Shown here: positions 26,601 to 33,615 of the stretch, piece after piece
Numbering within the stretch: the stretch's first letter is position 1
Layout: each line of letters starts with the position of its first letter
Origin: a virus
DNA length: 48,210 nucleotides
Virus record (IMG/VR): IMGVR_UViG_3300032144_000017
Span: 1 to 48,210 of that record
Reading direction: 5' to 3' (one strand)
Position numbers and translations under genes: made by a program
The notes under the pieces: generated by a model
What the model was told of the DNA's origin: nothing
Databases searched by the model: none
The model's input: only the letters and a program-made list of their open reading frames with translations

Positions 26601-29600
26601 ACAACAGCATCCCGGGCATTGTCTCGCGTCTTACCAATGACTCTGGCAAGCAGGTAGACATGGGTGTTTTCACCGCACGTACAGCCAGTGAACACTTTAA
26701 GAATCCTGACGGTACACCGAAGGACCGCATCACCGGGCGAGTATACGACCTGTCTAACCTCAAGCCAGACGTTGAGAATCTGTTTGCCATGTACGGACAG
26801 CCTGACCAAGCGAACTATGCAGAGGGCCTCAAGCACGCAGAGACGGAGCTCGAAAAACGCATCCACGAAGGCGCTGACGTGACGAGCGAAGAGTTGATGG
26901 ATGCGCTTAGTCGGGGTGAAAACGTCGACAAAGCGATTGCCCTCAACTACCTTAAAGGTCTGTTGGGCAACGTCGACAAAGTGCGCGCGTTCCTATCTGA
27001 CCCGGTGAGTGGTATTAACATCCTTGGCCGTACGGTAGGAACGGAGGTTGCACTCAACCTCAAACAGAAGAACGAGAAAGCCTTCGGTATTCTTGGTCAC
27101 GAGCTGTCACACGTTTCAGCACACCTACTCGAATACGGTAACCCGGAGGCCTACAAAGACTTTATTTCGTACCCGACGGTGCATATGACGGCTGAGACAC
27201 GTAAGATGGCCCTTGAAGAACTGTACAAAGCAGCCGGTATTGAGGCTAAAGACCTCGACTACGCTGCTGGTCTCAAGTTTAACAAGGACGACCCAAACCT
27301 GGCGAAGAAGCAGGCACTGGAATTTTACGGTGCACTGGCGGAAGTGCTGTCTACGCAGGTGTTTCGCGACTCGGGTATTAATCCGACCATAAAGAAGTAC
27401 CTGTCGTGGCTGCCGATGGGCGCACAAAGGTGGCTAACTACTCTGTCGGCTCAGTTTACCAAATTCATGGGTGGTCAGACGCCGTCGCTTCGTTACATGC
27501 TGGATGCAGAGTCTCAAAAGCTTGTAACCGACGCGTATTCGAAGCTGGTCAAATTTACGCATCAGACTCAGACTTCGCAGAACACAGCGATTAAGTCGTT
27601 GAAGCGTTTGGGCCTATACGATGAGCAAGAGTTCATCAGTAACCTGGCGAACTTCAATGACCGTGATCGCTGGGGTCCTGCAGAGCGTTCAGCGCGTGCT
27701 ATGGGCGACATGGCCAACTACGCGTTGGATTTCACTCGCGCTAGTCAGTTTGCTAAAAAGAGCGGTGACGTGTTTGAAGACTGGGTAATGAGTCCGCTCT
27801 TCCGCACGAAGCTACACCCCGAAACGCTCGACTTCTTCCGCGAACTACACCACTACCGTAACAAGATCAAGCAGTACGAACACGGTTACATGGCTTACCT
27901 GGGTCAGAACGCTGACGGTACACGGAGCCAAGAGCAAGCACTACAGGCGGCAGACGACCACATTCAGAGCTTGATTCGTCCTGGCAAAGGACGCAATGAC
28001 CGGTTGCTTGCCATGTCGAAGGTGATTGCCCGTAATCAAGAGATTCGTGAGAACGTGACGAATCCTCCACTAGGGGCGCAAGCCGGACCACAAAAATTCG
28101 TGACTAAGGATCAACTCGTCTCTGTTGAAGAGATGAAGACGAAGTACGGCCTGTCTGAGCAAGACGCAGACTTCCTGAATCGCTTGATTGACTTGCCGAA
28201 ACAAGTGTCTGAACAGACGCTTCGTTTCATGCAGGCTACCGACACTGTTAACATGTCCAAACTGTTCTACATCCAGAACCGGGATATGAACATTAGTGCA
28301 GTTAAGGGTAAGGTCGCTGAACTTACGCGTATTTCGAACGACGCTGGTGCGAATTCGTTGGAGAACAAGATGTACCAGAAGTACCACGAGCAAATCGCGC
28401 AACGTTCTGGCGATAACACAGACACGCTTAACCGGCTGTCGGCTGAGATCGCCATGACTGAGCAGCGCAAACTCGCGTTTAATCAACAGATGGAACTGCA
28501 CATTCGCCAGGCGTTTGCGAATGAGATTCAGTTTGATCCTCGTCCCGGCCAGGACCCGTTTATCAACCAGGTCACGGCTGCTGCTACCCGTCTGGCGGAA
28601 GCACGGGCTGAACAAGCGTTTATCATGAAAGACGAGGGTTATGCTCCCATGACACGTCGGGGACGCTACCTTGTGCAAGTCTACAAGGACGCACTTGGAA
28701 CGCCACTACCGAATACGGTACAGTCCATGCAAGGCTTTAAGACCTTGCAAGAGGCTCGCGCGTTCATGGCAGCTAACAAGCTTACGGATGGCAAGGACTC
28801 CAAACTAATCGACAAAGAGACGTTTGTGGCCCGCGCTCAAATGTACTCGAGCCAGCAGCTCCAGAGTGTACGGGATAAGGCACGGAGGGACTTCGACGAC
28901 GTTATTCGCGCGTACGAGAAGAACCTGCCTGACTCTCCCCACAAGGCTGCTCAGCTCCAGGTCTTAAGCGACATGAAGAACCAGTACAGGCCCTTACAGC
29001 AGGAAATTAGCGAAGTCATTAGTGCTAAGGGCGACAAGTTCAAGGAGCGCCGGTACAATGTTGAAGGCTTCAACGAGCTGGACTTCATCCCAAACATCTT
29101 CGAATACGTCAACTATAAGACCATCGTTGGTCAAAAGGGTCTGACGCGTGCAGAGGCTGAACTCCAAACGCTACGGCCTACTGTCCAGTCTGATCCTGCT
29201 ATGCAGGCACGGATGGCGAAGGAGACCGACTACGTTTTGAATCATACGAGCGAGGCAGCCGGTATACGCAAGTTGGTGTTCTACAACTACCTTGGTGGCA
29301 GCGTGCGACACATGATCCAGAACTTGCTGCAAGTACCGTTAAACGGTATCCCCGAAATGTTTGCGCAAGGCGCCGGGCACCACTCGTACAGTCACGCTGT
29401 AAAAGCTGGTTACTTGGCCACGAAGTATATGAAGGACGGTACTACCGGTAATAAGAACTTCGATATACTCCTCAAACAGGCAGAGAAAGAGGGCGTTACT
29501 ATCCCGAACGCTATTGAGCACTTTGCACCTGAATCGAGTGCGATGGAAGGTGCACTAGACAACGTGAACGCACAGATGAATGGCACCAAACAGCTGGGTG

Positions 29601-31090
29601 AGCGTGTTAACTACGCTGGCACCCAAGTGTACAAGGGCTTCGAGAAGTTCATGCGCGCGACGGCTACTGCTTCAGAGCGTACCAATCGCCAAGTTTCGTT
29701 TATTATGAGCCTGCTCGAGTCGGAGCGCAAGGGCAGCACGGATCTTCGCAAGATGTACAATGATGCGAACGTCTTCACCGATTATGTCAACTTCGTAGGT
29801 GATAAGAGCAACCGACCTGGTTTTCAGGTTAAGTTGGGGCAGTCGTGGGCGCACGCACCTATGCTTGTCGCCACAGCATTGCAGAGCTTCGTGATCAACC
29901 ACATTAGCCAACTTTACGCTTACGGTAAGATGGCTATGAAAGGCGACATAAACGCCAAAAAGGCGTTTGCTACGGGGACAGTCCATCTTCTGGCGATGGC
30001 TGGTGCGATGGGTCTTCCATTTGCACAGAACGCGGAGCAGTTGTTTGAAGCAGCCACGGGTATTTCGCTAAAAGAAGCGATACGCCGTAAGCTAATTCTT
30101 GGTGCGCAAGAGCTGTTCGATCTGGATGCAAACAACGGAGGTCGTATTGCTGACACAGTGATGTCAGGTTTTCCACGTCTGCTTGGTATTGAAGCAGGGC
30201 AGTCTGTGGGCCTTGGAGATCCACTGTTCCGTGTAGAAGCTGGTAAAGTACCTTCAGCATACGACCTTGCTGGACCAGCAGGGGGACTAGCTGAAAAAGC
30301 CGTTCAAGGTCTAGACGCACTAACCGCGAATCCGTGGGATGGAGAGAGCTGGTGGAAGGCGACTCGGACTGTAGCGCCGCAAGCCTTGAACTACTGGCTA
30401 AAACTTTCCGACGCTCTAATGAAAGGTGGGTACTATGACAAGGGTGGTGCCCCTCTTGTGGAGAACCTGGATTCGAGTGCGAGTGTGTCATTGTTGGGTG
30501 GGTTTACGCCTACAGAGGTTTCTGATGTTCGGACTGTACAAAATCTTCGCCGAAAAGTGAATGAGAAAATTGATCGCGACTATAGTACGGCGGTTGATTT
30601 GACTGCGAAGGCTCTTCTAAACTATGAGCGGACTCAACGGGTTGAGGATCTGATGGAAGCAAACAAGCGCTTCGGTGATTACATTGAAGCGGCTGCTGGT
30701 ACACAGGATCGCGGGACGATGGTGACGTCTGTTTCAAATCGAGTAGAGCAACTTAAGAGTGCTGTTGAGGTTGCGCCGAGTCTGCGGGAGAGTCAGGCTT
30801 TTTCAGAAGCTCGGACATCTTACCCCGGAACAGTACCCCGTTATTCCGAACGACTTCCCGCAGCGTTTTCTGAGCTAAAAGTTGCTCGGTCACTGGGTCA
30901 AGACGATATTCTTCTCCAGAAACTAGGCGGTCTGAAGTCTTCTCTGATACAAAAGGCACTGTACGACCAGCTAGTTCGAGTAGGTTTCGAGCCTTATCAG
31001 GCTTCGCAGATTGCACAGGGCGGCAAATCGGCGGTCCAGAAAACGATTCGGACTTCCAACTTATCCTCCCCTGTTCCTCTAGAACCTTAA
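23603..31090 (+). CDS. giant virion-associated multidomain protein (2495 aa)
   Basis: One uninterrupted ORF. N-terminal glycine-zipper hydrophobic segment (GAVGIGALNAF...GGKIGGAAGGFIG). HExxH zincin motif HELSH at 27098..27112. Gly-rich hydrophobic C-terminal segments with a GDPLFRV motif, which as I recall resembles PLxRFG-type phage proteins. Confidence 0.8.
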   Translation: MPLTSDLFRVKQYRSINPELADISDRDLADIVYQQTGELGSLRDSSALGRTVARGSNFLTSTGESLERGITNTLGDSYPARLGARTANIALQSTPEYLMNLAAARVLPQSKLGAVGIGALNAFTGYGRTAVETGDQSAALGAGAGTVASMIGALTGAKLGNKFGGKIGGAAGGFIGSMPGDALEIATQPGGWEEFLKDPLNLPATLLSQAPYAAVDHFVAKGEAAKENREKTIAATPALDEISGQSIQQELIGLKKTPVSQLSEQKAARMSELEALLKKTDAQVMTKDGKQIQKVAGAVEHPLTASPFSYMSQIANVSWGKRPAMFVPKGSLPELETVPFAMQGFKTYETPDGDWLYNPAFTSEQAIKDSVAKGDTNGILGLGPTGKNDQSMGVVGVLRNRQGLEKLGVELEYQTKQSMLKRLQGMALKGDTVTVEPLADFLKKREKQKGTVALYSLEQQGTPEQKEVTRKFWQNSLLKKFQSALLPTERKGARFELDANGELGNAGVVKAMRQWVPPAMMEHYEASGLQNFLDFNRTESDIKAYNAVQEQIQLRKKEFGTPEFNKIWAENERIKNKYKGYVPTTSSKSDKVSFAALSDWLEQNTPQIEIKQLNPNAFKDANSQRLAQLQHTLETAGYRVEQDMEGNPEISYSGEPVTEPADFDRLNIPQADRDLINSFWRSQIVGFEIGTDAATGKYGVEPINVNEMDSPVDILVRVPTRQLTYDEIHQGADYGPETNKQLRADYEREAAANNIKRTPDLFSGPHFGDSDLNVLASVRGYFKNLPTGERAFFPFEVQSDWAQGFQGQQKRLDEMKARFTLRQNEDKTYSIFDKEYNYDGRKFADKAEAQARYETILGAESGYGRRNIETIKNHALLSSYETLAVKAAIQHALANGATKIVFPDSKTAMMIEGHDKRPRSIANSFENLLDRKPSVGDWVMQGGPYSGGQIVSTQAAAQDIARSYERYNGAAAQTSIRQLTAADFITEDPRQTKGMRQHYDNSIPGIVSRLTNDSGKQVDMGVFTARTASEHFKNPDGTPKDRITGRVYDLSNLKPDVENLFAMYGQPDQANYAEGLKHAETELEKRIHEGADVTSEELMDALSRGENVDKAIALNYLKGLLGNVDKVRAFLSDPVSGINILGRTVGTEVALNLKQKNEKAFGILGHELSHVSAHLLEYGNPEAYKDFISYPTVHMTAETRKMALEELYKAAGIEAKDLDYAAGLKFNKDDPNLAKKQALEFYGALAEVLSTQVFRDSGINPTIKKYLSWLPMGAQRWLTTLSAQFTKFMGGQTPSLRYMLDAESQKLVTDAYSKLVKFTHQTQTSQNTAIKSLKRLGLYDEQEFISNLANFNDRDRWGPAERSARAMGDMANYALDFTRASQFAKKSGDVFEDWVMSPLFRTKLHPETLDFFRELHHYRNKIKQYEHGYMAYLGQNADGTRSQEQALQAADDHIQSLIRPGKGRNDRLLAMSKVIARNQEIRENVTNPPLGAQAGPQKFVTKDQLVSVEEMKTKYGLSEQDADFLNRLIDLPKQVSEQTLRFMQATDTVNMSKLFYIQNRDMNISAVKGKVAELTRISNDAGANSLENKMYQKYHEQIAQRSGDNTDTLNRLSAEIAMTEQRKLAFNQQMELHIRQAFANEIQFDPRPGQDPFINQVTAAATRLAEARAEQAFIMKDEGYAPMTRRGRYLVQVYKDALGTPLPNTVQSMQGFKTLQEARAFMAANKLTDGKDSKLIDKETFVARAQMYSSQQLQSVRDKARRDFDDVIRAYEKNLPDSPHKAAQLQVLSDMKNQYRPLQQEISEVISAKGDKFKERRYNVEGFNELDFIPNIFEYVNYKTIVGQKGLTRAEAELQTLRPTVQSDPAMQARMAKETDYVLNHTSEAAGIRKLVFYNYLGGSVRHMIQNLLQVPLNGIPEMFAQGAGHHSYSHAVKAGYLATKYMKDGTTGNKNFDILLKQAEKEGVTIPNAIEHFAPESSAMEGALDNVNAQMNGTKQLGERVNYAGTQVYKGFEKFMRATATASERTNRQVSFIMSLLESERKGSTDLRKMYNDANVFTDYVNFVGDKSNRPGFQVKLGQSWAHAPMLVATALQSFVINHISQLYAYGKMAMKGDINAKKAFATGTVHLLAMAGAMGLPFAQNAEQLFEAATGISLKEAIRRKLILGAQELFDLDANNGGRIADTVMSGFPRLLGIEAGQSVGLGDPLFRVEAGKVPSAYDLAGPAGGLAEKAVQGLDALTANPWDGESWWKATRTVAPQALNYWLKLSDALMKGGYYDKGGAPLVENLDSSASVSLLGGFTPTEVSDVRTVQNLRRKVNEKIDRDYSTAVDLTAKALLNYERTQRVEDLMEANKRFGDYIEAAAGTQDRGTMVTSVSNRVEQLKSAVEVAPSLRESQAFSEARTSYPGTVPRYSERLPAAFSELKVARSLGQDDILLQKLGGLKSSLIQKALYDQLVRVGFEPYQASQIAQGGKSAVQKTIRTSNLSSPVPLEP
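25355..25378 (+). promoter_or_regulatory. 24-bp palindromic motif, copy 7 (inside the giant gene, in frame)
   Basis: ACT TCA TCG AAA TCC GAT AAA GTC encodes TSSKSDKV at codons 585-592. Confidence 0.85.
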
Positions 31091-32180
31091 CAACCTCCTC
31101 AAGCTCCATCTTGTTGATGTCGTCATAGATACCGGAGTTTAGGATGTCTTGCATCGTGCAAGTGCCCCGGCCGGTGATGTAGTTAAAGACGCGCGTTAGA
31201 AACGACTTGAGTTCGTTGCGGCCTACATCACCGAAGACCTGTTCCAACGAGCGTTCGGACTCGTCCAGGAAAGCCATAGCTAGACGGAGGATAGCCGTGT
31301 CCACGATACGATCATTTCTTGTGGCTGCGCTCATGCACATACAGATCTTAAGCAGGAGCACGTGTTTGGAGGAGAAGTACGTCTTGACTTTGTCGGAGAA
31401 CTTCTCACCCTTCAAACGAAACGTAGGGTAGATCTTAATGTAAAGATCTTTTGCGTCATCGGTGAGGAAGAACTTTCCACCGAGCTTGTGAATACGTTCA
31501 ATTTGGTGCTTGATTACGGGCAGAAGTTTGGCTTCTTCCTCGTGTAACTCAGGCCAGGCCACAGCGTTTTCGATCTCGTTCTCCAGCACGAAAATTGTGC
31601 GGCGTGCGAACCCGTCACTGATGACGTTCTGCTTGAGGTTTGAGTTCATCCAGTTCGGCGTACAACAACCAAGTAAAGTAAAGTAAGGATTCGTAATGGA
31701 GACGACACCGCCTTTGCGCGTGCGCTCTTTGTATTCAATACGATCCCAGATGGCAGTAAGGAACATCACCATCTGGTGGTTGATGTGTTTACCACCAAGG
31801 AATTCATGCAGCTCACTGACGAAAGCAGTGGCTTGACTGTAGACGACCTCTTTACCGCCCACCTTAGCGGCGACTTTGTTAGCAGCCATGTCGTCGATGA
31901 GAGACTCACGAGTGGCCGAGTCAGGCGCACGAGGGATGTTGATAAGACTTAAAAGGTTCCCCGCGGTATCCATTGCGGTTGTTTTACGGGAACCCGCGTC
32001 CCCAACCAATACGATGTAAAGGTTGGGGAACACGGTAAAGTGCCCTTGTGGGATAAAGCACTTTTTGCCGAGTGCAGCACTAATCATAGCGATTAGTGAC
32101 CAGGCATGGAAGTTAGCTGGAGGCTCCGACCGTTTAGTGAATGAGTGGTAGAGCTTGAATAGATTTGGTGTTTCTTCCAT
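30753..32180 (-). CDS. P-loop NTPase, DUF3987/VirE-like (putative replicative helicase)
   Basis: Beta-strand plus Walker A (NLYIVLVGDAGSRKTT) and the acidic motif AFVSELHEF. Sits in the replication block. Its last 112 codons overlap the giant gene in antisense. Confidence 0.6.
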   Translation of the reverse strand: MEETPNLFKLYHSFTKRSEPPANFHAWSLIAMISAALGKKCFIPQGHFTVFPNLYIVLVGDAGSRKTTAMDTAGNLLSLINIPRAPDSATRESLIDDMAANKVAAKVGGKEVVYSQATAFVSELHEFLGGKHINHQMVMFLTAIWDRIEYKERTRKGGVVSITNPYFTLLGCCTPNWMNSNLKQNVISDGFARRTIFVLENEIENAVAWPELHEEEAKLLPVIKHQIERIHKLGGKFFLTDDAKDLYIKIYPTFRLKGEKFSDKVKTYFSSKHVLLLKICMCMSAATRNDRIVDTAILRLAMAFLDESERSLEQVFGDVGRNELKSFLTRVFNYITGRGTCTMQDILNSGIYDDINKMELEEVVKVLEEQGRISWKSESFSGPPICRPVQSAKPDKARNLLELAGRTVPFVSEKTSDRLVSGEEYRLDPVTEQLLAQKTLREVVRNNGVLFRGKMSELLKKPDSPADSAQPQQHS

Positions 32181-32187
32181 GTCTGGA

Positions 32188-32211
32188 GACTTTATCGAAT
32201 TTCAATAATGT
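32188..32211 (-). promoter_or_regulatory. 24-bp palindromic motif, copy 8
   Basis: The - strand reads TAA ACATTATTGAAATTCGATAAAGTC tccagac ATG. The motif begins on the base after the exonuclease stop and ends 7 nt before the next start. Confidence 0.85.
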
Positions 32212-32784
32212 TTAATACCCGAGCCGCTTTAACTCGAAGTAGACGAGTTTCATTGCAATCATATCGTGCCAGGCGTCGTGTGCGCCTTCGAAGTCTTTAC
32301 CGAAAAGGTGACGGTAAATCTCCATCAGCTTCGGCCACTTGTAGCCGCTGCCGCGTGTAGCAGGAATCTTACAAACTGGGGTAGCCGTCAGCATTGTGCA
32401 GTACTCCACGGTCGGACGCCATGTGAATGAGGGTTCGTTGAAGGCCTCAATGTTCATCATATCGTTGTCGAACCGGAAGTTGTGCGCAACGTAGATGGTG
32501 GCTACGTTGCTCATTTCGCTGAACTTACCAAGAGCTTCCTTAACCGGGATTCCCTCCCGTTCAGCACGCTCCGTCGTAATGCCGTGAATCTCAGCAACGC
32601 GATCGGGAATATACCAACCAGAGGGCTTGATAATAACGTTCATGCGGTTGAGTTCATTGCCTTCACCGTCGCACAGCATAGCCGCCAGCTGACAGACGCG
32701 GGCTTGCTGCGGGTCGTTGTAGGGTAGAGTTTTACGGACGAAGCCCGTAGTCTCGGTGTCGAAGAACAATACTTTGGTACTCAT
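32212..32784 (-). CDS. DEDDh 3'-5' exonuclease (DnaQ-like)
   Basis: Exo I FFDTETTG, Exo II HNFRFDNDMM, Exo III HDAWHD. Confidence 0.8.
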   Translation of the reverse strand: MSTKVLFFDTETTGFVRKTLPYNDPQQARVCQLAAMLCDGEGNELNRMNVIIKPSGWYIPDRVAEIHGITTERAEREGIPVKEALGKFSEMSNVATIYVAHNFRFDNDMMNIEAFNEPSFTWRPTVEYCTMLTATPVCKIPATRGSGYKWPKLMEIYRHLFGKDFEGAHDAWHDMIAMKLVYFELKRLGY

Positions 32785-33104
32785 TTAAGTGCCTTTACTT
32801 TGAGTTTATGGATTTTCCACTCGTCCGCGAACTCGACACGAACAAGTGGGATTGCTTTGTACAAAAGGATCTGTTGATAGTAGGCTTTCTTGCCTGGCAC
32901 TTTGACCTTCTCGGTCGTGCGGGTTACGTCCATCTCGAACTCGTCGTCCGAAATCTGTCTTCCGGTTACAATCAGGAGTTGTTCGCCCAGCGCCTTGAGC
33001 ACAGCATACGCATACGTAGTGCCAGCTTTGGTCGCCAGGTAATCGACGATATCATCAGTAGTAGCTTCCTTGCTACCGCCATCGGGCATAGTTTCTTTAA
33101 TCAT
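32781..33104 (-). CDS. hypothetical protein (107 aa)
   Basis: ORF track. Its stop overlaps the next gene's start by 4 nt. Confidence 0.5.
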   Translation of the reverse strand: MIKETMPDGGSKEATTDDIVDYLATKAGTTYAYAVLKALGEQLLIVTGRQISDDEFEMDVTRTTEKVKVPGKKAYYQQILLYKAIPLVRVEFADEWKIHKLKVKALK

Positions 33105-33615
33105 GTTTAAATAAACCTAACGTTTCATTAGTAGGGTTGCTTAACTTTAAGTTTGTAATAAGTTTATCGTAAGCTCTAGCTGCGTCTTCTGCTGTTTTAT
33201 AACCACGCTTCTTTATGTTCCAGGTACCAGAATTTAACATTATATAATAACTAGTACCTTCAAAGCCAACGCCTTTAAAACCTGTTGTGTTTGTTCTATA
33301 GCCTTGGTTTCGTACATTTTCTAGCTGTGTTTTGTATTCTAAATTAGACTTACTATTATTTAGAGGGTCTCTGTCTTTGTGATCTACAACAAAGCCTTCT
33401 TTTCTTGGTAATAATAAATGTGTTAGGCGACCTGTTTGTTGTGTACGATTGTTATAATAACTGACGCGATGTACTTTAGTATTATCATCTCGACCATCTA
33501 TGCATAATGTAACATCTTGAAGCAAAGGTAAGTCTTCTGTATCTACTGTAACGTAAAATACTAACTTATCAGCAATACGTGTACGTCTAATAATTCGTAT
33601 TTGTGTTGTGCTCAT
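33097..33615 (-). CDS. HNH homing endonuclease with an AP2-like DNA-binding domain
   Basis: HNH core VDHKDRDPLNNSKSNLE. AP2-like region GFKGV...YKTAEDAARAYD. Markedly AT-rich. ATGA overlap with the DNA polymerase stop. Confidence 0.8.
   Translation of the reverse strand: MSTTQIRIIRRTRIADKLVFYVTVDTEDLPLLQDVTLCIDGRDDNTKVHRVSYYNNRTQQTGRLTHLLLPRKEGFVVDHKDRDPLNNSKSNLEYKTQLENVRNQGYRTNTTGFKGVGFEGTSYYIMLNSGTWNIKKRGYKTAEDAARAYDKLITNLKLSNPTNETLGLFKHD

Noticed and set aside
23603-31090. Giant protein as a virion RNA polymerase (N4-like or crAss-like)
   Set aside because: A by-eye scan found no DxDxD/DxDGD metal-binding motif and no T7-like motif B/C pattern. The idea is kept only as a low-probability hypothesis tied to the hairpin motif, pending remote-homology searches.
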